A stretch of 63,360 bases of DNA, filler included, from Porpidia crustulata (lineage: Eukaryota), in assembly GCA_964255105.1 (NCBI GenBank). It is 10 parts of 10 records of this genome, joined end to end, with 100 filler letters (N's around TTAATTAATTAA, not from the genome) between each part and the next. Parts side by side here need not be neighbours in the genome. Positions count along the whole stretch, not along the records: positions 1 to 6,262 come from CAXUWE010001593.1; positions 6,363 to 12,622 come from CAXUWE010001594.1; 8 more parts are not named here. One strand, given 5' to 3'. Below, in pieces: positions 1-11,691 of this stretch. A model generated the notes under the pieces. That model was not told the origin of the DNA. It did not search any database and saw nothing but the letters and a program-made list of their open reading frames with translations. Each line of letters begins with the position of its first letter. Positions within the stretch are counted from its first letter, which is position 1. The translations under genes and the position numbers were made by a program.

Positions 1-1201
1 GTTGTGGCGTGGAGGTTGAAGGAGTTTTGGTTTATGATGGAGGTGATGCGGGGCCAGGATGCTGGGTGGGAAATGGGGCGTTAGCGGAGGATCTATCCAG
101 GGGGTATTTCGATAACGAGAGGATCGCGGGGAGAAGGTATTATGTCTAGCGCGCAGCATGTTGGAGCGGAGGGGAGGCATACAGCTAACATCCTAGCTTA
201 TACGCCAATTAACTGCTATTTTCCCACCCCATGCCGTGACATCAGCAGTGCCCCATTCACAAAAGCTGTAGAGAATCGATCGGTTCTGGGCAGCAAGAGC
301 GTCTACCATACGTCTGTAGCGCTCCGCCGTGTTCGAGGTAGACCAGTCGAAACCAGGTTGGTCTCACCGAGGCAGGTACCATTAGCAGCGGCGTCATCCC
401 CTTCAGGTACGCAGTATTTATACTGGTCTGTCCAATTCTGTGGGATGTTACAGTTGTCGTATTTTAGGTCTGTGAGCTTTTCGATTAGATTTGGTGGCAA
501 ATATGCGGGCGATGAGCTTACAATCAATAACTCAAGAGGCAAAAGTTGAAGCATCGATATCGTTTTTAGAGAATCGTGCAACAAGAGAACACGAGTGCAA
601 ATATAAGATATTGATGAAATAAGGATCAAGTGGCGATGTTCATCGTCCTTCAAAAGACCCTAACGCAAGCAAAAGAAAGAAGTAAAATAAGGCTGTTCGA
701 GCTTCACATAAGTACTGACTTGTGTCCCTGCGCTGCTGTATATCCCAATTTTCAACCCCAGCCCATGGATTGTATCAGCGGTTCCTCTGATCCCTCTAGG
801 GAACTTGGCAGGATCCGGAATGATCTGATTAGTCCGAGGGTCTTGATGGTCCTTGATTGACCAGCAGTCATCAACTTCGACGACTTAGCTATCTACTCTT
901 CATCACATAATGGCTTCACTAGCAAATTCAAACATACCGTTGACGTAGTTGCATCCTACAGCTTTGAAGCCTTTGCTGACCATCAGATTTGCAGCGGCTA
1001 GGATATCGGACTCATTGATGTCGCATTGGTAGGCATTCCATGAGTTCCATCCGAGGGCCGGGAGTCTACCCTATGTGTACCTAAGTAGATGTTCAAGCGG
1101 AATCGCCCCATTGAGGTGTATACCACACCATCTGATCTCATAAGAGCTAGAGCGGCCGGAAGAGACAGGAGTAAGACGATCAACTCGCAATTGAACATCA
1201 T
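1..1201 (-). pseudogene. aglB: GH27 alpha-galactosidase B (AglB-like), disrupted; 3' end cut by contig edge
   Basis: Spliced translation gives a signal peptide, then [55 protein letters not shown] and ILYSFCEWG. Lesions: TGA at a Trp position (532-534), a frameshift near 350 (GETNL to FDWSTS), TAG at 193-195, and no recognisable TCAGYPASLG segment. Confidence 0.9.
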
Positions 1202-2436
1202 CGATACTGGCTGTACCAGTTGGAAAATAGCTGAAAAATTCTTTGACTAAAGAAATCCTCGTTCACATATACAAAAGTTTAAGGCAAGTAGGCTAGGTGC
1301 CGGATGTGATGTTTCACATATTTTTTAATTATTTCACTAGCATCTGTCAGTCTCAGAGCATTATCTAGACAAATCTTCGTCAAGGACGATCCTTAAGGAT
1401 TGCTAGGTCGATAACGCCGTGAGGTCGCCTATATGCATTCCTTTCGCCAATTTCGTAGTACACCCGCGATATTGCTCGGTCGAGCTCCAAGTCGTACAAT
1501 AAGGAGTCATATTTTGATGACCAAATCTGCAGTCCTTGGAGCTTTCTTGGGCGGCGCGATCCTCGTCGGATGTCGTATCACTTCTGATAAGTGACGGCCG
1601 ATGGTAGGTCTCATCATGTCAACCACATTGAAGACTTTTGAAATTGAGTTTGGCTTGTATTAGTCCTCAGTATTCAAGCATGAAGCTTTCGATGAACCAC
1701 AAAGCATGGGGGAAACCACCGTTCTCCTTGAAGCTCGGAAAAGTAATCATATATTAATCTATCATTAAAGAGATGAATGTCAATGAAAGCCATGCGCAAC
1801 AAGGACCGAGCTTGATGACTCGAAATTTTGTAACCCAATAAGAAGCAACTGTTCTTCGACAACTTAAGAAACTCGAGTCCCAGTGAAATACTTAAACAAG
1901 GTAGAACAATAGAGAGCAAGAGAGACCGAAGGATCAGCGATTGCGAATCAAGTCCTATTGCGTATATGTATACGAGCCACGTTCGACCAAGTCGGATTGT
2001 AAGTTAGTAGCACAGGGCCGTGCTGCGGAATCTGACCGAGGCGACATTAATGAACATGTTTATGCAAGGACAAGACAAATACGCCATCAGTGAGTTGCAG
2101 GTCATTGTTCATATATCAGCGTAGGATCAGGCGACGAAGAACTACCTGAGTAAAGCAGGATATAGCTGTTGCAGGGCGAAAAATGGTCCTATTTGACTTA
2201 CCGAAAGGAGTTTAAATTGGTCAACGATGGTCTTTTGTGCCGAGAGCACAAAATTACATAAATCAAGGCTTTCATAAAATTGTACTATTAAGAAATATCG
2301 CAGGGTTGATGCACAGGCTGCGAATATCCAACTTGCATATAGGAGATTGTATTTTATACTTGTTACCATAGACTGTCGCTCAGAATTACCTCACTAAAAG
2401 CGCATGCCCCAGTTCTCCGAATAGACCAGCATTCCA

Positions 2437-3294
2437 TCACTCAATATCCACCTTCTTCACCTCGACGTACTCCCTATCAAGCTTTGGGATTGTCACGATT
2501 AATATCCCATCTTCTATCTTTGCGCTGATGCTATCGGCATCCACCTGCGCAGGCATGGCCCGACTGCCCAAGCGAACCTTTCGATCGAAAACGCCAACCT
2601 TGCGCTCGTCCAGCGCTAATGTCTTTAGGAAATCCTCATCTCCTGGTCGGTAGATCACACCAGCAATGCTCAGCTCACTTCTGTCCGCGTTCCAGTTGAC
2701 TCCAACATCTTCTTTCTTCGCACCAGGAAGGGACACATGCACAACATATGCATCCTCGGTGTCGAACACGTCGGCTTCGGGGGCAAAGTCTTTGCTATTG
2801 CTGCTGGATGACGTTTCTTTGGCCTCTGGGATCATATCAGGTGCAAATTGCGAGATGAATTCGCCGAGCTTGCTCATATCGAATTGACCGCCCATAGGCC
2901 AACCTCCGAAACCTCCGAAGCCGCCGCGACCACCTCCACAATGAACTCCTCTACGTCCACGGTGGCCCCAAGATCCACGGCGGTGCTGAGGACCTCCGTG
3001 GTGCGGTAGGCCACCAAAGGGAAAGCCCCATCCAAAAGCCTCGCCATTGGGAGCGTGAGGGGGTTGCCCTGGCCGATTCTGCTCAGATTCGGTTTGTTCA
3101 GGTGGCGGTGGTGGACCTTCGTGCCCGGGAGCTTGAAAGGGTGTGTCGCGTGCTTGAGGTGGAGGACCATCGGCGTTTGGGCGAGTTTCAGGGTTGTAGG
3201 CGGAGAAGAAAGGGTGGTCAGCGCCGCTGGACTCGAGGTTGGCGATGAAGTCCCAGAAGGGAGCAGTCTGATTGAAGTAACGGACTGAAGGCAT
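2437..3294 (-). CDS. small heat-shock protein (HSP20/alpha-crystallin domain) with long Pro/Gly/Arg-rich N-terminus
   Basis: Single 285-aa ORF; C-terminal alpha-crystallin domain DFAPEADVFDT...VSLPGAKKEDV...ERKVGVFDRKVRLG...AKIEDGILIVTIPK and a terminal VxV/IxI-type motif. Confidence 0.93.
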   Translation of the reverse strand: MPSVRYFNQTAPFWDFIANLESSGADHPFFSAYNPETRPNADGPPPQARDTPFQAPGHEGPPPPPEQTESEQNRPGQPPHAPNGEAFGWGFPFGGLPHHGGPQHRRGSWGHRGRRGVHCGGGRGGFGGFGGWPMGGQFDMSKLGEFISQFAPDMIPEAKETSSSSNSKDFAPEADVFDTEDAYVVHVSLPGAKKEDVGVNWNADRSELSIAGVIYRPGDEDFLKTLALDERKVGVFDRKVRLGSRAMPAQVDADSISAKIEDGILIVTIPKLDREYVEVKKVDIE

Positions 3295-3416
3295 ATTGAG
3301 TATAGAATAGAGGTATGATGATATGACTTGGAACTTGATTGTAGGCGATGATGATAGTGAGAAAGAGATTTTGATGATTTGAATGAAATAGGAAAGTAGG
3401 CACTTTCAAGCCACAC

Positions 3417-3519
3417 TATATACTGAAAGCCACAGGCAGCAGATCGTACGCACACCTACCGCGCAGACCACAGACAAATCAGATGGCATGTGCGAGAAGC
3501 GACAAGAAGATGTTAGAAC
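3417..3519 (-). promoter_or_regulatory. HSP20 promoter: TATA-like box and step-type heat shock element
   Basis: TATATA at 3417-3422, about 125 bp upstream of the ATG; GAA at 3496, 3506 and 3516 with exact 10-bp spacing (nGAAn-N5-nGAAn-N5-nGAAn). Confidence 0.55.
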
Positions 3520-4530
3520 GATGGCGGGGAAAGTAGGCTTCCACAATGACGTGTATAAACAGAACAATGATAGGCTGACGGTTGAAAGTAAGAATGTGGT
3601 CGGCCGATGGGTTGGAGAAGCGGGATAAGTGGACGTTCAATCACGATTGCATTCAGATTGTACTACGTAGTACTTGGGAAAGGTGTGGGGGGCAATGACT
3701 GTTGTCATGTCCTCAACCCCCTTGTGACGCAGAAAAACGAGGAAGATCATCGATGTGGATGGTGGGTGGCGAATCGCTAGTGTGGCTCAGTAGGGCTGAT
3801 TAGTCATGATCTGTCTCGACATGGATGGTAACAGTATGGTATTTCTCTGGCACTGATTACCATCTCGAATCAAGCCGCTTCGACTCTCGCACGATCGTAA
3901 TGAGATGGGCGCAATACCGTACTTTATTCTGTGTCAGAAGTCAGCTCTGATACAAAGCATCCTCGACGCTTTGGATAATGGAAGATGGTAAAGCCCTTGG
4001 CCTCGTCGAGACTTGCGACCATTGCACTCACTACTGCTCTCACTCCGACGGCATTTGCTTGCCAAGGGGAGGGCATGGCTACCGCCCGTTTGAGTCCGCG
4101 ACGATGCAATCGCAGTGGGAGAGCATTTTTGCATACTATCTTGATATATCAGTGGTCTTGAGATCGACGTCTTACTTGCGCATCTGCATGAGTCTTTTTG
4201 AGAATCAAATATCTCATCAGAAATACTAGCACTCACCTCTCTCTGTGTCTCTTGAGCGAACGGAGTGAATCGAAACAAATTCATGCTACACCAGCTAACG
4301 ATGTTAAAGTTTCCATTGATTACTATTATCCATTCTCGTGTTGCGGCTGTCGCGTGCGACTTGCGGATATTTGCAAAAGCTCTGTGCTGAAGAGAGTATG
4401 ATACATAGACAAAACTGTCGATAAGGCATTGACTAACTTGAATTTCGTATTCTTGCTATTTGCATGCCATGCAAATAGCTTAGGTGTCTCATTGCAGAAT
4501 CTCTTTCTGGGAGATATTACAATTTCAAAT

Positions 4531-5134
4531 ATGCAGATTCGGCGGTTGACTTTGTTGCATTCTATTCCATACTTGATCGCCATCGTGTCGACAACACTGA
4601 TCCCAGCTGAGCATAAGTTTGCATCTATTCAGACAGGTAATTTATCGTTACCCGATGTAACTATGTTGAAAGGGTAAGCAAAGCTGTCATTTCTCGATTG
4701 CAAACAAACATATTCTCATCACTCTACTCTGCAGGCTCACGCCTTCGGTGCCACTTCAACATTGTAAAGTCCCAGGCACCGAAACAACCCTCATCATCGC
4801 TTACGGAATCGAAATCCTACAATTCGTCATGGATCAGATCATCAGGGGTGCAACAGCATATGTCAGGAGACAAATTGTTGCTGGCGGCGATCGCTGCCTT
4901 CAGGAACATGAAGAGCCTTTTGAGTTCTCCAACGATATCCTTGAGATAAGGGCATGGTCAAAGCCCCATCAATGTATCACTTGGGGTATACTTGACTCGG
5001 CCTTAGACGGTCTTCGACACTGCGGATATGACCAGAGAAAATATCACGCGATGAATTGCATTATCGAATACGCACCAGTCGGCGAGATTGGGTGGGTGTC
5101 TTTAAGGAGGGCCAGACGAGCCATTGAGAGTTGA
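4531..5134 (+). CDS. small putatively secreted protein, 180 aa, 2 exons
   Basis: ATG 4531 with a hydrophobic leader (LTLLHSIPYLIAIVST). Intron 4674-4734 (GTAAGC...TGCAG) joins in frame to ORF 4748-5134; contains ITWGILDSALDGL and 5 Cys. Confidence 0.75.
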
Positions 5135-5429
5135 GCCAGTCATCAGAAATCATACATCGACGGGTTCCTGGCACCAAGAGACTGATACTGCTTGTCAAGG
5201 ATAACCCGGCCGCAGACTGTATCACCGATGGAAGAAGGAAAGAGAAAAAGGTGGAACACATCCTGGGCGGACAATCTTATTTACCTTGAGATCGGTTTTC
5301 GGCAGTCATTGTCGACCACATCGAGTATTGTATTGTCATCGTCAAGAAGCAAATGAAATGCACAAAGGAATCTCAACCACAGAAACAACGTGGACGCAAG
5401 TCTGTCGAGCAAAATCTAGGTTCTGTCAG

Positions 5430-5849
5430 CTACATTCCGACCAAACCACCCCCCTCTAGCATTTTCCCAGCAACCTCATCGCTCTCGAAAATCAAATCCA
5501 AGACTTCTACTTCCAATTCCGGGCCATCGAAAGTACCGGCATACCCTGGCAAGAGTTCCCGCACGTCGACGCCAACATCATAACACGTGATGCATGCGGT
5601 CACATCTTCAAGCATCTACAATACGACGTGAGGAAGTTTCACCATGCTGATACCATCGTTCGATTCTTCAAGGACCGCAAGGCGCGCGTGCGCGAGGTGG
5701 GAGAGATTGGGTGAGAACTTGCGGGAGCATGCCAATATGGCGGTTGCGAAGCTGCAAGGTTTGCAGGACGAGTTGATGAAGCGTTTTAGGGAGTATTGAA
5801 TCCATGACGGGGGCTGCTGCAGGGAGAAATTTTGTTTTTGTAGCATCAC
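5430..5849 (-). pseudogene. possible degraded hypothetical coding remnant
   Basis: Two same-frame ORFs (5616-5849 and 5430-5615) separated by one stop; protein-like composition but no recognised family. Confidence 0.25.
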
Positions 5850-6262
5850 ATATTACAAAATTTGTCGAGTACGTACGAAAGGCTAGACTGACCAGCTCGG
5901 ACGTATAGAAAAAGTCTTCTAATTGTGTATCATGCGATGTGTATACCTTCGAGGGAGAAAGTAATGAATGTAAGTAGCTTCTTTGCTTGTTATAGATACG
6001 TTGAAATCCCAAATGGATCGACTGTACAACGAGCGCAACAGTAATAGTAAGTACCTCCGCATAACGTTGTCCACCAAGAAGAACACATCGAAATCAAACT
6101 CAGGACGGAAGCTCAATAACCATGATCCAGCAACCAAACATCTTCACCACTCCCCTACCACACCCATTCACCCTACCTACCCTCCACCAACCCCATCCAA
6201 ACCTCCCCCAAAGTACCAACCCACCTAGAAATCTACCCCAGAACACCCTAGAATTCTCCTTC

Positions 6263-6362
6263 NNNNNNNNNNNNNNNNNNNNNNNNNNNNNNNNNNNNNN
6301 NNNNNNTTAATTAATTAANNNNNNNNNNNNNNNNNNNNNNNNNNNNNNNNNNNNNNNNNNNN
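6263..6362. other. artificial contig linker
   Basis: N44-TTAATTAATTAA-N44; stops in all six frames. Confidence 0.99.
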
Positions 6363-6501
6363 GTGGGTGGGGGGTGTACGAGTAGTGGGAGGGGGGTGTA
6401 CGTGTAAACAAAGGGCGTGTACCGTTATACTTTCCCATAATATATATATATCTCCCAATGCAATTACCGTAGATTCTCAGTGAACTAGGCATCCTGGCAC
6501 C

Positions 6502-6773
6502 TAGGCACGCAAGTCATAAAAAGAGCCGCGCACCCAAAATGTCCCCACCAAGTTTACGACTGGATTTCAGGAGAATTATGAAAACAAAGGATCATTATCA
6601 GCATCATGAAATCGTTACTAAGGTCAAAGCTCAGGGAGCCATGAGAATGAGGGTTGCCTTAGACGGCGAGGGTAATATAATGGATTGTTAGAACAATAAA
6701 TCTCCTGAAATTCAGTAGTAAATTTGGTGAGGAAAACTTGGGTGCGCGGCTTTTTTTGTGACCCGCGTGCTTG
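6502..6773. mobile_element. MITE-like element with ~75-bp imperfect terminal inverted repeats
   Basis: 6505-6579 matches the reverse complement of 6696-6770 at 63/75 positions without gaps; short non-coding interior; TA follows the right end (6774-6775). Confidence 0.75.
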
Positions 6774-7219
6774 TACGAATGCCTTCACGCTGTGCTCTAC
6801 ACTTCACCTATCTTTCCAGAATCAAAGATAGAGCACCTTAGAAACATATCAACCAGCTTTCGCAAAGAAAAAGGGTCTAGGAAGATTTTAGGTGAGGACA
6901 TTTTTGTTCTCTAATCAGGGTGTAAAACTATACAAAGAGCAAGGTCCTCAACATAAAGACGTACGAGATAGATGACACTTTCGAGCTTTGATGTACAGAA
7001 GCGCTACTTCATTCATATCCTTTCGAGTCTAAGTTGAGGCAACACATTTCTTGACCGAAAGCTTTCGCTTCCTGCGAATACCTCAAACTTAAATCAGATG
7101 GTCAACTATGCCATCGGCAAAGGATCAACCTTCTCTTTACCACTTTTAACTGAATTGCACCGCTGGCGGACAGTTGTCAAGTCTCCTACTTCATCGCGCG
7201 TACTACGCATTGAGAAAAT

Positions 7220-10200
7220 ATGATCGAGCCTATTGGTCTCCTGGGTACGCTCATTGCAATTGTTCAGCTCAGCAGCAAAGTCGTCTCGTATTGTTACGAG
7301 TATCGCAACAGCGTGAAAAGCGCCCCTCGTGAGATCTCGCAGATGCTGGACGAAGTCGCCAGCCTACGCAATATCATGGAAAGGTTGGTGAATATTGCAG
7401 AGACAGATGAAGAGTCGTCCTCGCTGCCCTCTCTACAGGCCATGGTACAGGGCAATGGACCTCTAGCAACATGTCTGTCGGAAATCGCATCTCTTAAATC
7501 ACAATTAAAACCTGGAAAGGATGGAAGGCGAGGGGCAGAGCTTTGATATGGCCGTCAAAACAGGGCGATGCCAAAAAGCACCTTGAGGTCATTGGCCGCT
7601 TAAAAGAGACTTTGCAATTGGCCATATCCGCTGATAATGCGTATGTATAAATCCTCACGCTCTCATTTGGAATTCGGGCAGCAGCTGATAAAGAAACAAG
7701 TGCAAACCTCGTTGATATACTTGTATCAACAAGGAGTTTGCCAGTCATTCAGGATAAAGTTTCCAAGCTCACATCCGAACTCGACTGCATGGGCAAAGGT
7801 TTATCTATCTCAACATTAGCTATGCACGGCTAATAGAATCGTCTCAAGACACGAAATTTAGAAAGATCATCGACTGACTTGCTGCGCCAGATCTCTCTTC
7901 TAAACACGAAAGTGAGCGACAAAAGCATATTCCAGGATCTGGACTATGACTACTCCAACATGAAGCCTATCATATGTGGCAGCGCGACTCAAACACGAGT
8001 ATTTGGCTAAATGGGTTCAGTATGACACTTTGCATTTTGAGCACAATCCAAGCTTATCATAGACGTAGTGGGATGCGGTAAAACCGTGCTTTGGTAAGTT
8101 GGGTCATTCTGATATATTCGAATAACCTCTTCATTTGAGCTCTAGACCTCAACGAACGCATATTCAGCTCATTTTACTAGCGCCGCAATTATCGAAGATA
8201 TCAGCGAATACTATGCCACTCATCGTTCTGTAGCGATAGTCTATATATACTTCGACACCAACGGTGGTCACGAATATGATACTGCCCTGATACTACGTAC
8301 CATCATCACACAGTTCATACAACAGATGCGTACCCTAACAGTGGATCTAGTTGATCTTTACGGTGACTATGGTATGGAATATCCTCCATCGCCCTGCCTA
8401 GGTGTCGAGCGTCCATCCTGGAATTCCACCCCATCTCTGGAGGCGTTCGAAAAAGTGTTTCGTCACCAGGTCAACGAGCTACGGCATCTCTACATAGTTT
8501 TCGATGCTATGGATGAGTGCAAGGACTTTGAGCAAGTTCACGCCGCACTACAGATCATCAGGAAGGTTTCTAAAACGACTTTGGGTAAATTACACTTGCT
8601 CGCAACCAGCAGATACTCTCCAGAGATCGAAGACTGCTTTACTGAATTTGGTGCATCATGTATACATTTCGAGGTCGAGGAAGTGGATACAGATATCCGC
8701 CACTACATCCGGACTAGATTTTCGGAGGATCCAAAGTTAAATAGATGGCCAATAGTTGTGCATCAGGAGGTTGAAACGGAACTGATGGCCCAGTCACAAG
8801 GGATGTAGGTTTGAAGCGTCCAATTGGGTGACGGGATGTGCTGATTTCTGTGGAAGGTTTCGATGGGTAGATTGTCAGCTACAGGTGCTCAAGAAACGTA
8901 AGACTCCTTCCGCCATACGGCAAACGCTACGAACACTACCAAAATCGCTCGACGAGACATATTCGAGAATTCTCATTGGTATAGACGACGAGGCCAACAG
9001 CTCGCTTGCTCAGAGATTACGATGGCTTGTCCTCTCAATGCGCCCGGTAAGAAGATTGTCCTATTCCATCTTGATTGTAGACTAACGCACATGCCATGAA
9101 GCTTCTGCTGAGTGAATTGAATGAAGCTTTGGCTATTGATATGGATACCAACGGCCGGCCCTACTTTGATTCTGGCCTACAATGCCTTGACATGCGAGAC
9201 ATTCTTAGTGTGTGCTCAAGCTTGGTCACCACGATCCGTAACCCCTTTGATCTCAGCGATGGTCACAGTCTCAGCGCAGACGTGCACGTCAGGCTCGCTC
9301 ATTCCTCGGTCAAGGAATTCCTCATGTCCTCGTCCATCCGATCTAACGCTTGCGCCAAATACGCTGTGGTGGAAGATGTGACACATGCATACTTGGCTAA
9401 AGCTTGCATGGCATACCTCATACGCTTTGACTCTCCATTACGGGCTGATGACGTTGACAAGAATTTTTTCGTGGACTATGTTGCAGAACATTGGATTACG
9501 CATTTACACGGTTCTAAAGTAAATCCAGAATCCGAAATATTTCGCGATCTTATATGGAATATGTTTGACCCTCGACAAATACATTACAGGAACTGGATTC
9601 AACTCAATAACATTGACATGCCATGGCGGACGCCGGATCTCTCCGGCGACATATCAATTATCCCACCTCTTTATAGTGCAGCTTTCCTTAATTTTGGCAA
9701 GGTTTGCAGGAGCTTAGTTCGAATTGAAAGTGATGTCGATGCCTTAGGTGGTCTGTTAGGTAGCGCTCTGCAGGCTGCAGCTTTTAAAGGTCATACAGGA
9801 ATTGTGGAAGTCTTGTTGAAGGCGGGATTTGGCATACGCCTTTAGCAGCTGCAGCCTCACAGGGCCAGAAGACTGTGGTGGCATTACTTTTGGAAAATGG
9901 TGCTGAGGCTTAAGTTGAAAGACGCTTTGGCGATGGACGAGGCGATGCTCTTTTTTCGGCCGCAAGAGAAGGCCATATTGATGTTGCAAATTACTACTAG
10001 ACTATGGAGCCAGAGACCACTGGAGGATGATAGCCTACCCAGGCAGTGCGCTGCACGTCGCGACATTGGCCGGCCATAAAGAAATCGTACGGCTTATTGT
10101 GTCAAAGGGCTGTAAGACACCAAGAGACATGGATGAGGACAGCCTTCTGGAAATCCAAAGTGACGCTGCAAATCTTGGAGATCTGGATATTTGGCGAGAA

Positions 10201-11691
10201 CTGCTATCCTATGGTGTCCCTCCAGACGAAGCGCTGCAATGTGCTGCGAGAGCCGGAGACAGGGAAACATTTGAGGCTTTGCTGGGTAGCGACGCTAATG
10301 TTGACCCGTCTGGGAAATCAGGGGACCATCAAAGAGCCTTGGAGTCTGCTGCCCGAGGTGGCCATACAGCTATCGTACGTGATTTGCTGTCTCGTGGCGT
10401 AGAGCCAAATATGGATTCGCCTTATCGCAATATTCTAGCCGAGGCATCAAGAGCTGGCAACGTTGAAATCATTGAGATGTTGATCGCAGCTGGTGCAGAT
10501 TTCAATCCTACTAAGAACCGCCCGCTTACTGCTGCCATCCAGCACGGTCATGAAAATGTCATTCGTGTCCTAATCAAGCATGGAACCGACGTCAATGCCG
10601 AGAATTACGAGGCTCTGTTCGCTGCTACTTCCGCAGGCAGACTCGACATATTCAAGGTGCTTCTTGAGCTTGATGCTGAACTACCCTTGAACCATCCCAA
10701 ATCCACCCGTTTGATAGGATCCGCTGTATATGGAGGCTCCGCTCGCCTAATTCAATTCTTATTCGAGCAAGGGGTGAATCCAAAAAAAGATGTCGCGGAA
10801 GAAGACGAGGACAGTGACGTTCATCAAAACGCTGATCCAATCCTCAACGCAATAAAGTTCAGACATCCAGATATCGTTCTGGCCTTATTGGATGGCGGAA
10901 TGAATGTTAACAGAATCGTAAAGTCAGCTACGCCTCTCAGCCAAGCGATCTATTACGAAGATGATCTTCTAGCCGCTAATTTACTTGATCGTGGTGCCGA
11001 CGTCAACCTTCAGAAGAGTAGGAAGTGCACAGCGCCATTGCTCTGTGCGATTAACCGCGGAATGATCAGTATTGTCAAGCTACTTTTGGAGAGACAAGCA
11101 AACCCCAATCAGCATGGAACCATTAATCGCAACCAGCCCGAATTCCCCTTGCTCCTCACAGCCGAAAAGGGCTATATGAACATGGATCGGCTCCTGATTG
11201 AGCATGGCGCTTCAATCAACGAGCAGGATGACAAGGGTTTCAGTGCGCTACACGGCGCTGCAGGCCACGGTCAAGATAGCTTTGTCAAAATGCTGGTCGA
11301 GGAGTACGAAGCCGACCCGACCGTTTGCTTGGTCAACGGCAGCATGCCAATTCATACAGCCGCCGCACGTGGAAACCCAGAGTCCATAGAAATATTTTTG
11401 AAAGCCGGACTAGAGCCGAATGTCACGAATAACGATGGACGCACGCCTTTGCATTGGGCGGCCAAAAGGTGTCAATGGGACAATGTAAAGCTCCTGCTTG
11501 ACAAGGGTGCGCGAACGGATCTGCGAGCTGACGGGAAGTTGGCGCTCACGCCCTTGGATCTTGCTCATATTGGCCGGACCGCTGCATGTAAGCGGAGATC
11601 GACGAACTTTGAGCCTTTTCCGCAGCATCGGGGTTGGAGTAAGGAGGATTTAGATGAGTTATTTACGAGGATAAGGGGATCGACAAAGTGA
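7220..11691 (+). pseudogene. fungal NLR-like STAND gene: HeLo-like N-terminal domain + NACHT + ankyrin repeats, disrupted
   Basis: N-terminus MIEPIGLLGTLIAIVQLSSKVVSYC..., Walker A GCGKTVL (~8070-8092), Walker B YIVFDAMDEC, FRWVDCQL, LPKSLDETYSRIL, VRLAHSSVKEFL, then many ANK repeats. Lesions: frameshift ~7515, TGA at 7875-7877 and 7947-7949 (Trp positions), deletion/frameshifts at ~9825 and ~9990, TAA at ~9911. Confidence 0.88.

Noticed and set aside
6307..6318. TTAATTAATTAA recurring every ~6.3 kb as a biological repeat, and ORFs ending in X...LIN
   Set aside because: Synthetic six-frame stop linker embedded in N runs.
7220..7640. Amyloid signalling motif (HET-s/sigma/PP type) at the NLR N-terminus
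   Set aside because: The N-terminus is a helical HeLo-like domain; no N/Q/G-rich pseudo-repeat and no adjacent effector gene is visible on the contig.
532..7949. TGA read as Trp (alternative genetic code) or systematic editing rescue of pseudogenes
   Set aside because: The same genes also carry frameshifts and TAA/TAG stops, and TGA is the normal terminator of intact genes here (och1, gyp7, spt3).
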